Shown one piece after another: positions 52,506 through 62,479 of a DNA stretch of 64,000 nucleotides. Every line of letters starts with the position of its first letter. Within the stretch, counting starts at the first letter, position 1. Below the pieces are notes generated by a model that saw nothing but the letters and a program-made list of their open reading frames with translations, ran no database searches and was not told the origin of the DNA. This DNA is from an uncultured Actinomycetes bacterium (GTDB lineage Bacteria > Actinomycetota > Thermoleophilia > UBA2241): assembly GCA_963725665.1 (NCBI GenBank), contig CAVRZA010000004.1, positions 384,001 to 448,000 on the forward strand. The letters run 5' to 3'. Made by a program: the position numbers and the translations under genes.

Positions 52506-53842
52506 CTAGGACGAGGATGCGGCGTCGACCGGCGACACGCCGGAGGAGTGGACGATCGTGCCGATGCCGTCGCTCACGACGAGGACGCGCGGCGGGCGAC
52601 CCAGGCGTCGCGCCGTGTCGTCGAGCGCTCGCTCGACGGAGGGGAAGGCGACGAGGCCGAGGCGTCCCGCACAGCGCTTCGTCGGCCGGCTGCAGCACGC
52701 CCACGCGGCAACGCACAAGGACCTTGGCCATCATGTAGGCGCGCTGGCCGCCGGGGCCGAGCGGCTCGCCGCGCCGACCGCGTTCGAGCAGCGTCTCGGG
52801 CCGCTCGGCCCCGGCCATCAGCGCGCCGAAGTTGGCTTCGCCGGGCCCGTCGCCGACACCCTTCTCGACACTGGCGCAGAGCAGGATGAGACCCTCGTCG
52901 GCGACCGGCGAGCGGTCGCCCAGCGCGAGGTAGGTCGCCGCCCGCGTCGCGTGGTAGAGGCTCTCGTTCTTGGGCGCCGGCAGGCCGGCGACGACGAGGT
53001 CGTAGCGGCCCTGCACGGTGCGCAGCCAGGCGTCGCGCTGGCCGCCGGCGAGCGCTGCCTGCGCCGCGCTGGGCTCGCCGGCGGCCAGCGCGACCGCGTG
53101 TCCCTGCGCGTCGACCACGACGTCGAAGGCGAAGCGCAGCGACGTCATCGCCGCGAGCTCTCGAACGACCTCCTGGAAGGGATTGCCCGCGAGCCGTCCG
53201 AGCTCGACGCCGGGCTGGTCGAGAAAGCGCGGATCGTGCGTCCAGGCGATGGTGCGCGCACCGGCGCAGCCGATGGCGACCGTCTTGGCGCCGCCCGAGA
53301 AGCCGGCGTAGAGGTGGGGCTCAACGATGCCCACGGCGACGACGAGGTCGGCACGCGCGAGCTGCAGGTTCATGAACGCCGGTGCGCGGTGGCGCGTCTG
53401 GTTCAGGAAGACGTTGACCTGCCGCAGGCCTTGCGCATCGGTCACCGTGACCCGGCTCGACGCCGCGCCTCCGGCCAGCAGCGACCTTCTCCTCGGTGGT
53501 CGTCGCCCGGTGCACGCCGCAGGCCACCATCACCTGCACCTGATCGTCGGTCACGCCGGCGGCGTTCAGCTCGTCGAGGAGCGCCGGGAGCAGGAGGAAG
53601 GTCGGGCAGGGCCGGCTCCCATCGGGGATGGCGATGACGACCCGTCGGGCGCCGCGGGCCAGCTCGCGCAGGCGAGGCGAGTCGACGGGATGGGCCAGGG
53701 CGTCGGCGATGGCGGCGTGAATCTCCGGCAGCTGGGTGAGGTGAGGAGCGGGCTCGACGTCGAGCGTCGCGGCGCGTGCGGCCAGGCGCTCGACGTCGAG
53801 CGCGATACGCCGCGGTCCGTTGAGCACCCACGCGTCGGCCAT
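52506..53842 (-). CDS. LarA-superfamily (nickel-pincer racemase/epimerase) homolog with two frameshifts
   Basis: ALAHPVDSPRL, IPDGSRPCP, ACGVHR, then VEPHLYAGFSGGAK; frame changes near 53485 and 52670. Confidence 0.8.
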
Positions 53843-53935
53843 CCTCGCCTCTCCTCTAGCTCCCCCTCCTGGGCGGGGGGTCGCCTTGTGCTCGTGGGGG
53901 TTGGCGCCGTAGAGCGGCAGCCACCAAGGCCAAGT

Positions 53936-54148
53936 TCACCAGGGCCACCGGCCGGAGGGCATCTTGGGCGGGTACCAGAGGGCGCACACGATCATCAGGA
54001 CCGGGCCGACGATGGGTGCGATTGCGGCGAGGAAGCCGACGAAGAGCCAGTTGAGGAGCGAGCGCCCCGTCTTCTTGGCCACGCGGGAGCCGAGGTACAG
54101 GCAGAGCACCAGCTGTACCGCGAAGACGGTGAGCCAGATCACTCCCAT
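53936..54148 (-). CDS. Small membrane protein
   Basis: 70 aa with hydrophobic segments around AKKTGRS; GAGGGG SD. Confidence 0.65.
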   Translation of the reverse strand: MGVIWLTVFAVQLVLCLYLGSRVAKKTGRSLLNWLFVGFLAAIAPIVGPVLMIVCALWYPPKMPSGRWPW

Positions 54149-54158
54149 GGCCTTCCCC

Positions 54159-56336
54159 TCACGTCGACGTGTCCGCGGGCGCGTCGGCGCGCTCGTAGCG
54201 CGCGAGAAGGGCCGCGACGGCCGCGCGCAGCGCGGCCGTCGCGGCCGGCGGCACGAGCGGCACCGCCTCGCCGCCGAAGGGCAGCAAGTGCGCCACCAGC
54301 CAGTGCTCGCCGACGTAGGGTTGGGCGGCCACGCAGGACCCGTCGGGCAGCGCCTCGACCGGCTGACGTTCCTCGATCCAGCGCCGCACGGTCTGAGCGT
54401 ACCAGACCGCCGCCGTACGCGAGGCGTACCGTTCGCTGCCTGGGATGCCCTCGCGGCGGTAGAGGTCGAGCTCCATGTCGGCGCGCGGCGGGAAACGCTC
54501 CTCGAGCACGCGGACGCTCTTCGTCGTGGCCACCCGGAACGTGCGCCGGCCTTCCGAAGTGCGGCAGTAGCTGACGTAGTACCACTCGCCGCGGCTGCGC
54601 ACGAGCAGATACGGCTCGACGACTCGCCTTGTGCTGCGCCCGGTGCCCTCCGACCAGTACTCTATCTGGAGCAGACGCCGCTTGCGGATGGCGTCGTTGA
54701 CCGCGTCGAGCACCCCCTCCTCGAGGGGAAGGGCGTCGGCGGTGCCCAGCGCGGGCGACGTGGCGCTGCGCGCGGCGGCCAGCTTGGCGGCCGCCGCGCG
54801 CAGCGCCGCTCCATGTTTCACCGGGAGCTGGCCGCCGACGAGCTCCACGGCCAACAGCAGGACGTCGGCCTGCAGCGGCGAGAGGCGCGCGGGGTTGGCG
54901 AACGCGGGCCCGGCGAGGTCGCAGGTGACGTGCAGCCGGCCGCGCTCGAACTCGGCGTAGACGATGGCGCCGTCGCCGCCGAAGTTGACCAGGTTGAGCA
55001 GGCGCACGTCGGCCTTGAGGTCGTCGAGCGGGACCTCGAGATCGGCCGCCACGCGGGCGGGGTCGAGGTCGCCCTCCTCGCCCTCGCGGCACGAGCGCAG
55101 GAGGTAGGTGAGCAGCGTCGAGAGGCGCGTGAAGCGGTCGGCCTCGACGTGCCAGTCGCCACCCTCGCCGGCGGCCCGGGCACGGTCCATGCTTCGAGGT
55201 CCGCTGGCGCCGGTCTTCGCTCCGCCGCCCTCGCCTGCAGCGGCGCCGGCGGCGAGCCGCAAGGCCGCCTCGAGTCGCGCTTCGTCGACGGCCGGCGGCG
55301 CGTCGAGGCGCCGGCCCAGGAGGTGCAACTGAGCCACCAGCAGTGAGCGCAGCTCGGCCGGCGCCTCGAGCTCGGCGGCCTCGCCGAGGCCCAGCACCCA
55401 ATTGACGAGTTGCGGGCCGGAGCTGTACGCGGTCGCGAAGCGCACCGCCCCGTCGGGCAGACGCTCGAGGGCGCCGTTGCCGGCGAAGTGAGCCTCCACC
55501 CACCAGGCCATGTCGCCGTCGATGCGCACCTTGGCCTCGCCTCGCACACCGCCGAGCTGCCAAGGAGCGCGGTCGAGGTAGTCGGCCAGCTCGAAGCGCG
55601 ACGGCGGCGCGAAGTCGTGCGGCGCGCGCGTCGCGTGCCGCACGCGCGAGCGGATGCGCGAGAGGCGAAAGGTGCGCACCGCCTCACGCAGGTGGCACCA
55701 CGCCAGCAGGTACCATTCGTCGCCGACCAGCAGCAGACTGTAGGGGTCGACGGTCCGTGTCAACGTCTCGTCGCGCTCGATGGCGTAGTAGTCGAAGACG
55801 ACCGTCTTACGCTCGCCTACGGCGGCCTCGAGCTTGGGGAGCAGGGAGGAGGCGGGCGCGCCGCCGCCCGCGACGACCGCGAGCGGCGGCGCGCCCGCCT
55901 CGGCCAGCAACTCCGGACGCCCGTGCGCGAGGCTCAACAGGGCGAGGCGCAGCGGCTGCGAGAAGGCGAAGCGGTCCTGGAGCACGAAGAGGCAGGCCGC
56001 CAGGGCGGATATCTCGTCGTCTGTGAGGTCGATGGGCGGCAGGTGGTAGCTCGAGGGGTGCAGCGAGTAGGCTTCGGTGCCGGCCTCGTCGTCGAAGTCG
56101 CGCCTGATCTCGATGCCTAGCTCGGCGAGCTCCGCGCGGTCCTCGTGGAAGCGGCGCTTGAAGGCCTCGTCGGTCATCAGCGGGTAGCCCTCGACGCGCT
56201 CGCGGACCTGCTGCGCCGTGGCCGGCTGCCCGCGGCGGCAGAGCAGGAAGGCCACGAGCGAGAGACGCCGGATCAGCTTGTCGGCGTCGCGCGAGAAGCC
56301 TTTCTCGCGGGGAGCTCTGCGGGGAGGTTCGCTCAT
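54159..56336 (-). CDS. Fused double HTH-WYL-WCX regulator (PafBC-like)
   Basis: EAFKRRFHEDRAELAELGI (PafB-like HTH); RTVDPY...WYL...TFRLSRI; second module RVVEPY...WYY...RTFR. Confidence 0.9.
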   Translation of the reverse strand: MSEPPRRAPREKGFSRDADKLIRRLSLVAFLLCRRGQPATAQQVRERVEGYPLMTDEAFKRRFHEDRAELAELGIEIRRDFDDEAGTEAYSLHPSSYHLPPIDLTDDEISALAACLFVLQDRFAFSQPLRLALLSLAHGRPELLAEAGAPPLAVVAGGGAPASSLLPKLEAAVGERKTVVFDYYAIERDETLTRTVDPYSLLLVGDEWYLLAWCHLREAVRTFRLSRIRSRVRHATRAPHDFAPPSRFELADYLDRAPWQLGGVRGEAKVRIDGDMAWWVEAHFAGNGALERLPDGAVRFATAYSSGPQLVNWVLGLGEAAELEAPAELRSLLVAQLHLLGRRLDAPPAVDEARLEAALRLAAGAAAGEGGGAKTGASGPRSMDRARAAGEGGDWHVEADRFTRLSTLLTYLLRSCREGEEGDLDPARVAADLEVPLDDLKADVRLLNLVNFGGDGAIVYAEFERGRLHVTCDLAGPAFANPARLSPLQADVLLLAVELVGGQLPVKHGAALRAAAAKLAAARSATSPALGTADALPLEEGVLDAVNDAIRKRRLLQIEYWSEGTGRSTRRVVEPYLLVRSRGEWYYVSYCRTSEGRRTFRVATTKSVRVLEERFPPRADMELDLYRREGIPGSERYASRTAAVWYAQTVRRWIEERQPVEALPDGSCVAAQPYVGEHWLVAHLLPFGGEAVPLVPPAATAALRAAVAALLARYERADAPADTST

Positions 56337-56514
56337 CGTCCCGATGGTACCGAAAAAGCGCGCAGGCGGGCCAGTGGCGCGCCCGCGCGCATCAGTCCAC
56401 GTCGGCCGATGTGTGCTCGTCACGCCTGCGCAAGGAGGGCGGCGGCGCGCAAGAGCGCGCCGCCGCCCCTGGCGTCAAGCAAGCGGCGCGGACAGCGAAG
56501 ACCGGCTCGGTGTC

Positions 56515-57573
56515 TCAGGACGTCGCCTTGCCGACGCACCGTTTCGTCACGAAGGGCGAGGTGACTGCCCTGACGAGCGCTTCGTAGTCGACGGCGAACG
56601 AGACTTCGTCGCCGGTCGCCAGGGGCTCGGGAACGGCGAGGACGGCGACGTCGCTCGTCATGCCGGCGATGTAGGCGCCCTCCAAAAGGGGCCGCATGCC
56701 GTGGGGCTCGCAGTCCCGTCTGCCCACGTAGAGAAGGGCGTACCAGGCGTCCTGCTGAGGCAGCCGCACGTCGGGCTCGCGACCGAAGGCGTCGCGTCCC
56801 ATGAGGCCCCCGGGAGCAGGCGGCTTGCGGAAGCACTCGAGGACGGTCGCGGTGAGTACGGGGTCGCGCGGCTCGAGGCCCTCGATCGGAGAGGCCGAGA
56901 CGATGTCCCAGCCGTGGAAGAGCGCCACGCCACAGCGCAGCTCGGTGCGAAAGCGCGGCCGGTAGCCGTCGACGTACTGCAGACAGCAGGTTCCCCCCAG
57001 CGAGAGGAGTGGCTCGGCGGCACAGGAGTCCGCCAGCGCCGCGAGGACCCCCTCGGCGCGCGCGAAGAGCTCGTGGCTGGGGAGCTGTCCCGAGAGGCAG
57101 GCGAAGTTGACGGCGACGCCGGCGAGGCTCACTCCGGAGAGCCGGCCGAGCTCGGCGGCGACCGCCGCGGCGTGCTCGGGGAGCACGCCTTCACGGCGGT
57201 CGCCTAGGTCGACCGTGAGCAGGACCTCGATGGGGTCACCGGGCGCGCGCTCGCCAAGTGCGCGCGCGATCTCAGGCCGGCTCAGGTGCACGCGGTCGGC
57301 GATCTGCGCCACCGTCTCGACCTCGTCTGGTTGCGGGGCGCGGATGAACGCGAGCGGGCCGAGCGCCCGCGCGGCGAGCCGGGTCATGGCCGGCAGGCGC
57401 GAGTCGGCGAGGCCGGTACAGCCGCCCTCGAGGAGCGCCTGCCCGATGGCCGGCTCGCCGTCGACTGCCTTGGTGACGCCCACGAGCTCGAGGCCGCTTG
57501 CTCGCAGGCGCCCGGAGAGAGCGCGCGCGTTGGCGCGCACGACGTCGAGGTCGATGGTGAGCGTCGGGTTCAT
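56515..57573 (-). CDS. Alanine/ornithine racemase-family PLP enzyme (Orr-like)
   Basis: GVTK (PLP lysine), LADSRL, VDLGDRREGV, NFAC and GMTSD. Confidence 0.85.
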   Translation of the reverse strand: MNPTLTIDLDVVRANARALSGRLRASGLELVGVTKAVDGEPAIGQALLEGGCTGLADSRLPAMTRLAARALGPLAFIRAPQPDEVETVAQIADRVHLSRPEIARALGERAPGDPIEVLLTVDLGDRREGVLPEHAAAVAAELGRLSGVSLAGVAVNFACLSGQLPSHELFARAEGVLAALADSCAAEPLLSLGGTCCLQYVDGYRPRFRTELRCGVALFHGWDIVSASPIEGLEPRDPVLTATVLECFRKPPAPGGLMGRDAFGREPDVRLPQQDAWYALLYVGRRDCEPHGMRPLLEGAYIAGMTSDVAVLAVPEPLATGDEVSFAVDYEALVRAVTSPFVTKRCVGKATS

Positions 57574-57766
57574 ACGGCTTTCCTTTCTCATCGGCGCTCG
57601 CGTCCGTGCCTCGGCCACGGACTCCGGCAGTATACCGGAGCACTATGGCGGCGTTTCACGCCTGCGAGGGAGCCTTATACTCGTAAGGCCGTCGCGACAG
57701 TAGCGAGGGCAGGGCACGAGGATGGCCCGACGGTGCGGCCGATGATCACCGAGAGAGGGAGCGCGC

Positions 57767-59170
57767 ATGGAGCTCGAGCGCAGTCTTGAAGTCCGTGACG
57801 GTCACCTGCTGATGGATGGTGTCGACGTCGTCGCGCTGGCGAGTCAGCTCGAGACGCCGTTCTTCCTCTACTCCGAGCGGCAGTTGCGCTGGAACATCGA
57901 GGGGCTGCGCAACGCCTTCACGCGCCGCCATCTCGACACGGAGATCTTCTTCGCCAGCAAGGCGTGTTCGAACCTGTGGTTCCTGGACCAGGTGCGGCGT
58001 TGCGGCATCAGCGTCGAGGTGAACTCGGCTGGGGAGCTCTGGAAGGCGCTGAAAGCGGGGTTCACGCCCGACCAGATCGTCTTCAACGGCGTCGCCAAGA
58101 CACGCTCTGAGATAAGCCAGGCAATCGAGCACGAGATCCGCGCCATCGTGGTCGACTCCCTCAATGAGCTGGAGCGCATCGCCGACGTGGCGCGCGAGCG
58201 CCGCAAGCCGGCGAGGGTCAGCCTGCGGGTGGATGTCGAGGTCGAGACGCTCACCCACCCCGAGATCCAGACGTCGCACGGCGCCAAGGCCGGCATCGAC
58301 ATCGACGACGCACACGACGCGTTCGGGTTCGCCGCCGCGCACGAGCTCCTCGATCTAAGGGGCATGCACATGCACATCGGGTCGCAGATCACCGGCGTCG
58401 AGCCCTACGTGCAGGCGATGGAGACGGCGCTCGATCTCATCGACCGTGTCGAGCGAAGCTTCGAGACAAACCTCGAACATGTCGACGCCGGTGGCGGGTT
58501 CGCCATCCCCTACCGCAACGAGCCCGTGTGCGATCCTCAGGACTACCTCTGCTCGCGACGCACGGCGGACGACTACGCCGAGGCGATCTGTGGGGTGCTG
58601 GAACGGCGGCGCCCCGATCTGCGGCTCTTCCTCGAGCCGGGCAGATCGGTCGCCGCCAGCGCCGCCCTGCTCGTGACACGCATCGAGAACGAGAAGACCA
58701 AGGGCTTGCGCGACGGCAGTGGGCGCCGGGTGGGCACGGACCGCTGGCTGACGATCGATGCCGGTTTCAACGTGCTCCTGGACCACGTCTCGGTCGACTG
58801 GTACTTCCCCGCTCTCGTGGCCAACAAGGCCGGCGAGGAGCACACGGCGCAGTTCCGCCTTGCGGGTCCGCTCTGTGACGGGGGTGACGTGGTGCCGGGA
58901 GAGCCGGGCACCCCGTACCGGCTGCTGCCGGCCGACACTACGGTCGGGGACCTGGTGGCGCTGCTGAACGTGGGCGCTTACACGCTCGAGACCATGTTCC
59001 CGTACAACGCGCGCCCGAGGGCGGCGGCCTACGCGGTCACCGGCAAAGAGGTGGTCCAGATCCGCGAGCAGGATTCGTTCAGCGACATGGTGGCCCACGA
59101 CCGGCCGCTGCCGCCGCAGGCCGGCGCGTCGGGGTCGGGCAAGGCCTCGGACGGGCGGCCGAGCGGCTAG
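57767..59170 (+). CDS. Fold-III amino acid decarboxylase; closer to D-ornithine/D-lysine decarboxylase than to canonical LysA
   Basis: FFASKACS, QIVFNGVAK, HMHIGSQ, EPGR, DWYF, LAGPLCDGGD and GAYTLE. Confidence 0.82.
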   Translation: MELERSLEVRDGHLLMDGVDVVALASQLETPFFLYSERQLRWNIEGLRNAFTRRHLDTEIFFASKACSNLWFLDQVRRCGISVEVNSAGELWKALKAGFTPDQIVFNGVAKTRSEISQAIEHEIRAIVVDSLNELERIADVARERRKPARVSLRVDVEVETLTHPEIQTSHGAKAGIDIDDAHDAFGFAAAHELLDLRGMHMHIGSQITGVEPYVQAMETALDLIDRVERSFETNLEHVDAGGGFAIPYRNEPVCDPQDYLCSRRTADDYAEAICGVLERRRPDLRLFLEPGRSVAASAALLVTRIENEKTKGLRDGSGRRVGTDRWLTIDAGFNVLLDHVSVDWYFPALVANKAGEEHTAQFRLAGPLCDGGDVVPGEPGTPYRLLPADTTVGDLVALLNVGAYTLETMFPYNARPRAAAYAVTGKEVVQIREQDSFSDMVAHDRPLPPQAGASGSGKASDGRPSG

Positions 59171-59181
59171 AGATGGCGCGG

Positions 59182-60292
59182 TCAGCCTAGGACGAAGTCG
59201 GCCAGCTGCTCGACCACGGGCAGCTCGACAGATCGCAAGCAGTAGTCCTCGGTCTGCTTCAGGCTGACGCGCGGCAGGTGTGCGTTGTGCGGCGCCAGCC
59301 GGTGGGCGCCCTGGGGGCGGGTGGCGTCGAGCCCGTGCAGCCGGGCGCGCCGTGCGAGCTCGGCGGCGGCGCCGGGCGACGGGGTGAGGACCGGAAGCAC
59401 GTCGTAGCTCGGCTCGGCGCCGGGCAGGTAGCCCGGGGGGAAGGCGAACGTGGCCTTCCCTGACGAGCGCTCACGGAGGCTCTCGACGATCGTCCGTCGT
59501 TCGGCGATGCGTTGTCGCAGGCGTCTCGATGCTGCGCACCCCCGCTGCGGCCGCCGCCTCGTTGATGCGGTAGCCGTTGCCGAGGATGGTCTCGACGTCG
59601 TGCTCGAAGATCTCGTCGCCGGGCGCCGCGGCCGTCGAGCGCAGTCCCTCGATCCGGCCGCGCACTGCGTCGTCGGCGCAGGCCACCAGACCGCCGCCGT
59701 CGGGCGTGCGCTGGAGCGCGAAGGCGCCCGTGACCCCGAACGAGCCGACCGGACGACCAGCGAGGCGGGCGCCGAGGGCGTCCCAGCAGACCTCGATCAG
59801 GGCCAGGCCGCGCTCGTCGGCGAGCTCGGCGAGTGCCTCTGCGGGCGCCGGGTGGCCGGCCGTGTGGTAGACGATGATCGCCCGGGTGGCGCGGCTCAAG
59901 CGGCGAGCCACGTCGTGCGGGTCGAGGACCGGGGTCTCGGGGGCGACGATGTCGGCGAAGACGGGCCTGCCTCCCGCGAAGAGCACGAGGTTCGCCAGCG
60001 GAGGAGGCACGAGCGCCGGCAGGACGACCTCGTCGCCAAGGGCGAGGTCGAGAGCGAGCAGCGCCAGATGGGCCGCGGCGACGCCGCCGGCGACGGGAAC
60101 GACCTCGCGTTGCAGCAGCTCCGCGCCGCGTCGCGCCAGCTCCCGGGCCTCGCGTCCCTGTGTGAGCCAGCCCGACTTGAGGGCTTCATTCGTGCTCTCG
60201 TCGAGGCCGTCGAGCCTCTCGCCGGGACGCCGTGGGAAGGGGATCACGTTCTCCCCGCCGCGTGGCCGGTCCTCACTCCGGGTCTCGGTCAT
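59182..60292 (-). CDS. Degenerate DegT/DnrJ/EryC1/StrS-fold protein, frameshift near 59525
   Basis: ALKSGWLTQG, GDEVVLP, PVFADI and GNGYRINE; the C-terminal domain continues in another frame to 59182. Confidence 0.75.
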
Positions 60293-60537
60293 GCTGGCCT
60301 TGCGCCTCCGGCTCTCGCGTCCTGGCCGCGTCGGCTCCGTAGGTGGTCACGCATGCGGGAGCGGCGCGGCGCGGCCCGGAGGGCCGCGCCGCGCCGCCCA
60401 GGCCTGCTAGCGCCTGGATACCCGGAATCGGGGCAAAGGCCACCTGTCGCCCGTAGGCGTCGGTCGGCCACGCGGGCGGACCGGCGGGCTCAACAGGCTC
60501 GGCGGGCGAGCGAGGGCGCGCCGCTCGTGCGGCGCTT

Positions 60538-61738
60538 TCAGTAGATGATGATCTGCTGGCGAGTGTGCGCGAACCGGTAGTGTGTCGCGCTCGTGCCGAG
60601 CTTCCAGTAGACGTGGTAGTGGTCGGTCGTGTGGGCGTCGACCACCTTCTGCCCGCTGGAGTTGGTGCCGGCGAGCTCGGCGACGTGGTCCCAGGTGCCG
60701 TCGCCGGTCCAGTCGTAGTAGACGAAGTCGCCTCTGGCGCAGTCGCCGATCGAGCTCACGACGTCGGTGTAGCGGGCGTTCCAGAACTGCATCTGGGGGA
60801 TCACGGCGATCCAACTGTGGCTCCAGGTGTCGTCGCCGGGCGAGGAGGTGCTCTGCTTGTCGTACCACCAGCCCTGCTCGTAGGCGCCGGGGACCTTTGG
60901 GAAGCCGCCGGCGAACATGGTCTGGGAGCCGAAGTTGGCGCAGTCGGCGGAGAAGGCGAAGTAGGTGGGGTTGTACGAGAGGGCGTACTTGTCGGCGTAG
61001 GCCTTCGCCGCGTCGCGGTCGTAGTAGAGGATGGCGCGGTAGCCGAGGCGCGTCTTCGGGACGATACCGGGGCCTCTGTCGGGCCCGGAGCCTGTGGGAT
61101 AGAGGGGCGGGATCTCCTGCGCCGGGCGCCGCCGGGCCGGCGGACAGGCCGGCCGGGGCTCGAGCCGAGACGGCGAAGGCGCGGCTCCTGGCTTCGCTGC
61201 GGGCCGCCGCGGCGCGGACGGCCGTCTGCGGCGCCCCTCCGGCCTCGAGGTAGCGTGGCGCGAGGTCGTCGAAGTACGCGTCGCCGGCGACGAGCCACCG
61301 GCCGGCGACGAGCCGCAGGGCGATGGTGTGATCGAGCCCGGTGGCCTCACGGTCGCGGCTGCCGTCGGCGGTCGTCCATGTGACGGTGGTCACGGCGTGC
61401 GCTTTGACCGTGGCGCTGCGCCCGTCGGGCGCCAGCGTGACGGCGCCGACTGCGACTCGGCACTCGCTGGTCGTGAGCGTCTGGCTGAGCGCGGCGTGTC
61501 CGCGGCGCACTCCGCGGGCGATGAGCTGCTCGCTGGCGAGCTGACGCCAGCCGGGCAGGCAGAGACCGCGCAGACCCGCGCCGCCGGCGAGGCAGGCCGC
61601 GGCTCGCGCACGCAGGTAGGCGGCGGCGGCGTCACCGGGCGAGCCCGGTGACGCCGCCGCCTCAGGAACGTGCGCGAGCGCAAGGACGGCGAGCAGCGAC
61701 AACACGGCCGCCGCTCGCGGCAGGGAGGAGTGATGCAT
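60538..61738 (-). CDS. Secreted putative amidase (Amidase_6-like), frameshift near 61100
   Basis: Signal peptide; YDRDAAKAYADKY, DCANFGSQ, GDFVYYD, DHVA and VDAHT. Confidence 0.8.
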
Positions 61739-61759
61739 GGGTGACCCCTTTCGCTAGGG

Positions 61760-62326
61760 TTACGGGCTCGTCGAGACGGCTGCGATCAGCCACTCCCCCG
61801 TTGTCACCCTCCTCGTGAGCGTGAAGAAGACGTCGTTGATGCCGTCGGTCAGTGGGCTGCGCCAGGTGACGGTGGCCGTGAATCCGACCAGTAGCGTCAC
61901 CTCGTCGTCGGCCGGCCCACCCCAGGCCTGAGCCGATTCGAAACCCATGCGTCGCACGGCGTGCAGTTCGCGCAGCGGCCAGACCGCCGGCCCCGTGAGC
62001 AGCCGTCGCGCGGCCGCGTAGCGATGCTGGTCGACGAGATGGCAGAACCGCCGCACGACGGCCGTGGCCGCGAGGACGCGTGCCCCGGCCGACAGCGCTG
62101 TGGCGCTGGCGCGGACCGCTGGGCTGAGGGTCTGCGGTGGAGACCCGGCGGCGCTCGCTGCGGCGGAAGCTCCGGTGAAGCCTTGCGGCGACCCCGCACC
62201 GCTAGAGCCGCAGCCGCCCGTCACCACCCAGACAATGGGCGTCGAGGTGACGAGCATGAGGCTGAGCGCGATGCGGCTGATGCGGAGCAGGCCGGCGGGA
62301 GCAGCCGGCGCGGGGCGGCGGTCCAT
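61760..62326 (-). CDS. Hypothetical secreted protein or lipoprotein
   Basis: Hydrophobic leader ending GGCGSS, Ala/Ser linker and WLIAAVSTSP end. Confidence 0.6.
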   Translation of the reverse strand: MDRRPAPAAPAGLLRISRIALSLMLVTSTPIVWVVTGGCGSSGAGSPQGFTGASAAASAAGSPPQTLSPAVRASATALSAGARVLAATAVVRRFCHLVDQHRYAAARRLLTGPAVWPLRELHAVRRMGFESAQAWGGPADDEVTLLVGFTATVTWRSPLTDGINDVFFTLTRRVTTGEWLIAAVSTSP

Positions 62327-62479
62327 GGGTCTGAGTGTGCGCCGCCGTCGGGAGAAGTGCGAGATGACGATCGGCTGTGGAGGGTGACGTTCGACCGCGA
62401 CGCGACCGCACGCCGGTCGCCGCCGCTCCCGAAGGCGTCGCCTGTCTTCAGCGCGTCGCCCGTGGCAGAATCAGTCTCA

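Noticed and set aside
57574-57766. Lysine riboswitch upstream of the lysA-like gene
   Set aside because: The interval is occupied by divergent TATACT -10 elements and lacks recognisable L-box motifs.
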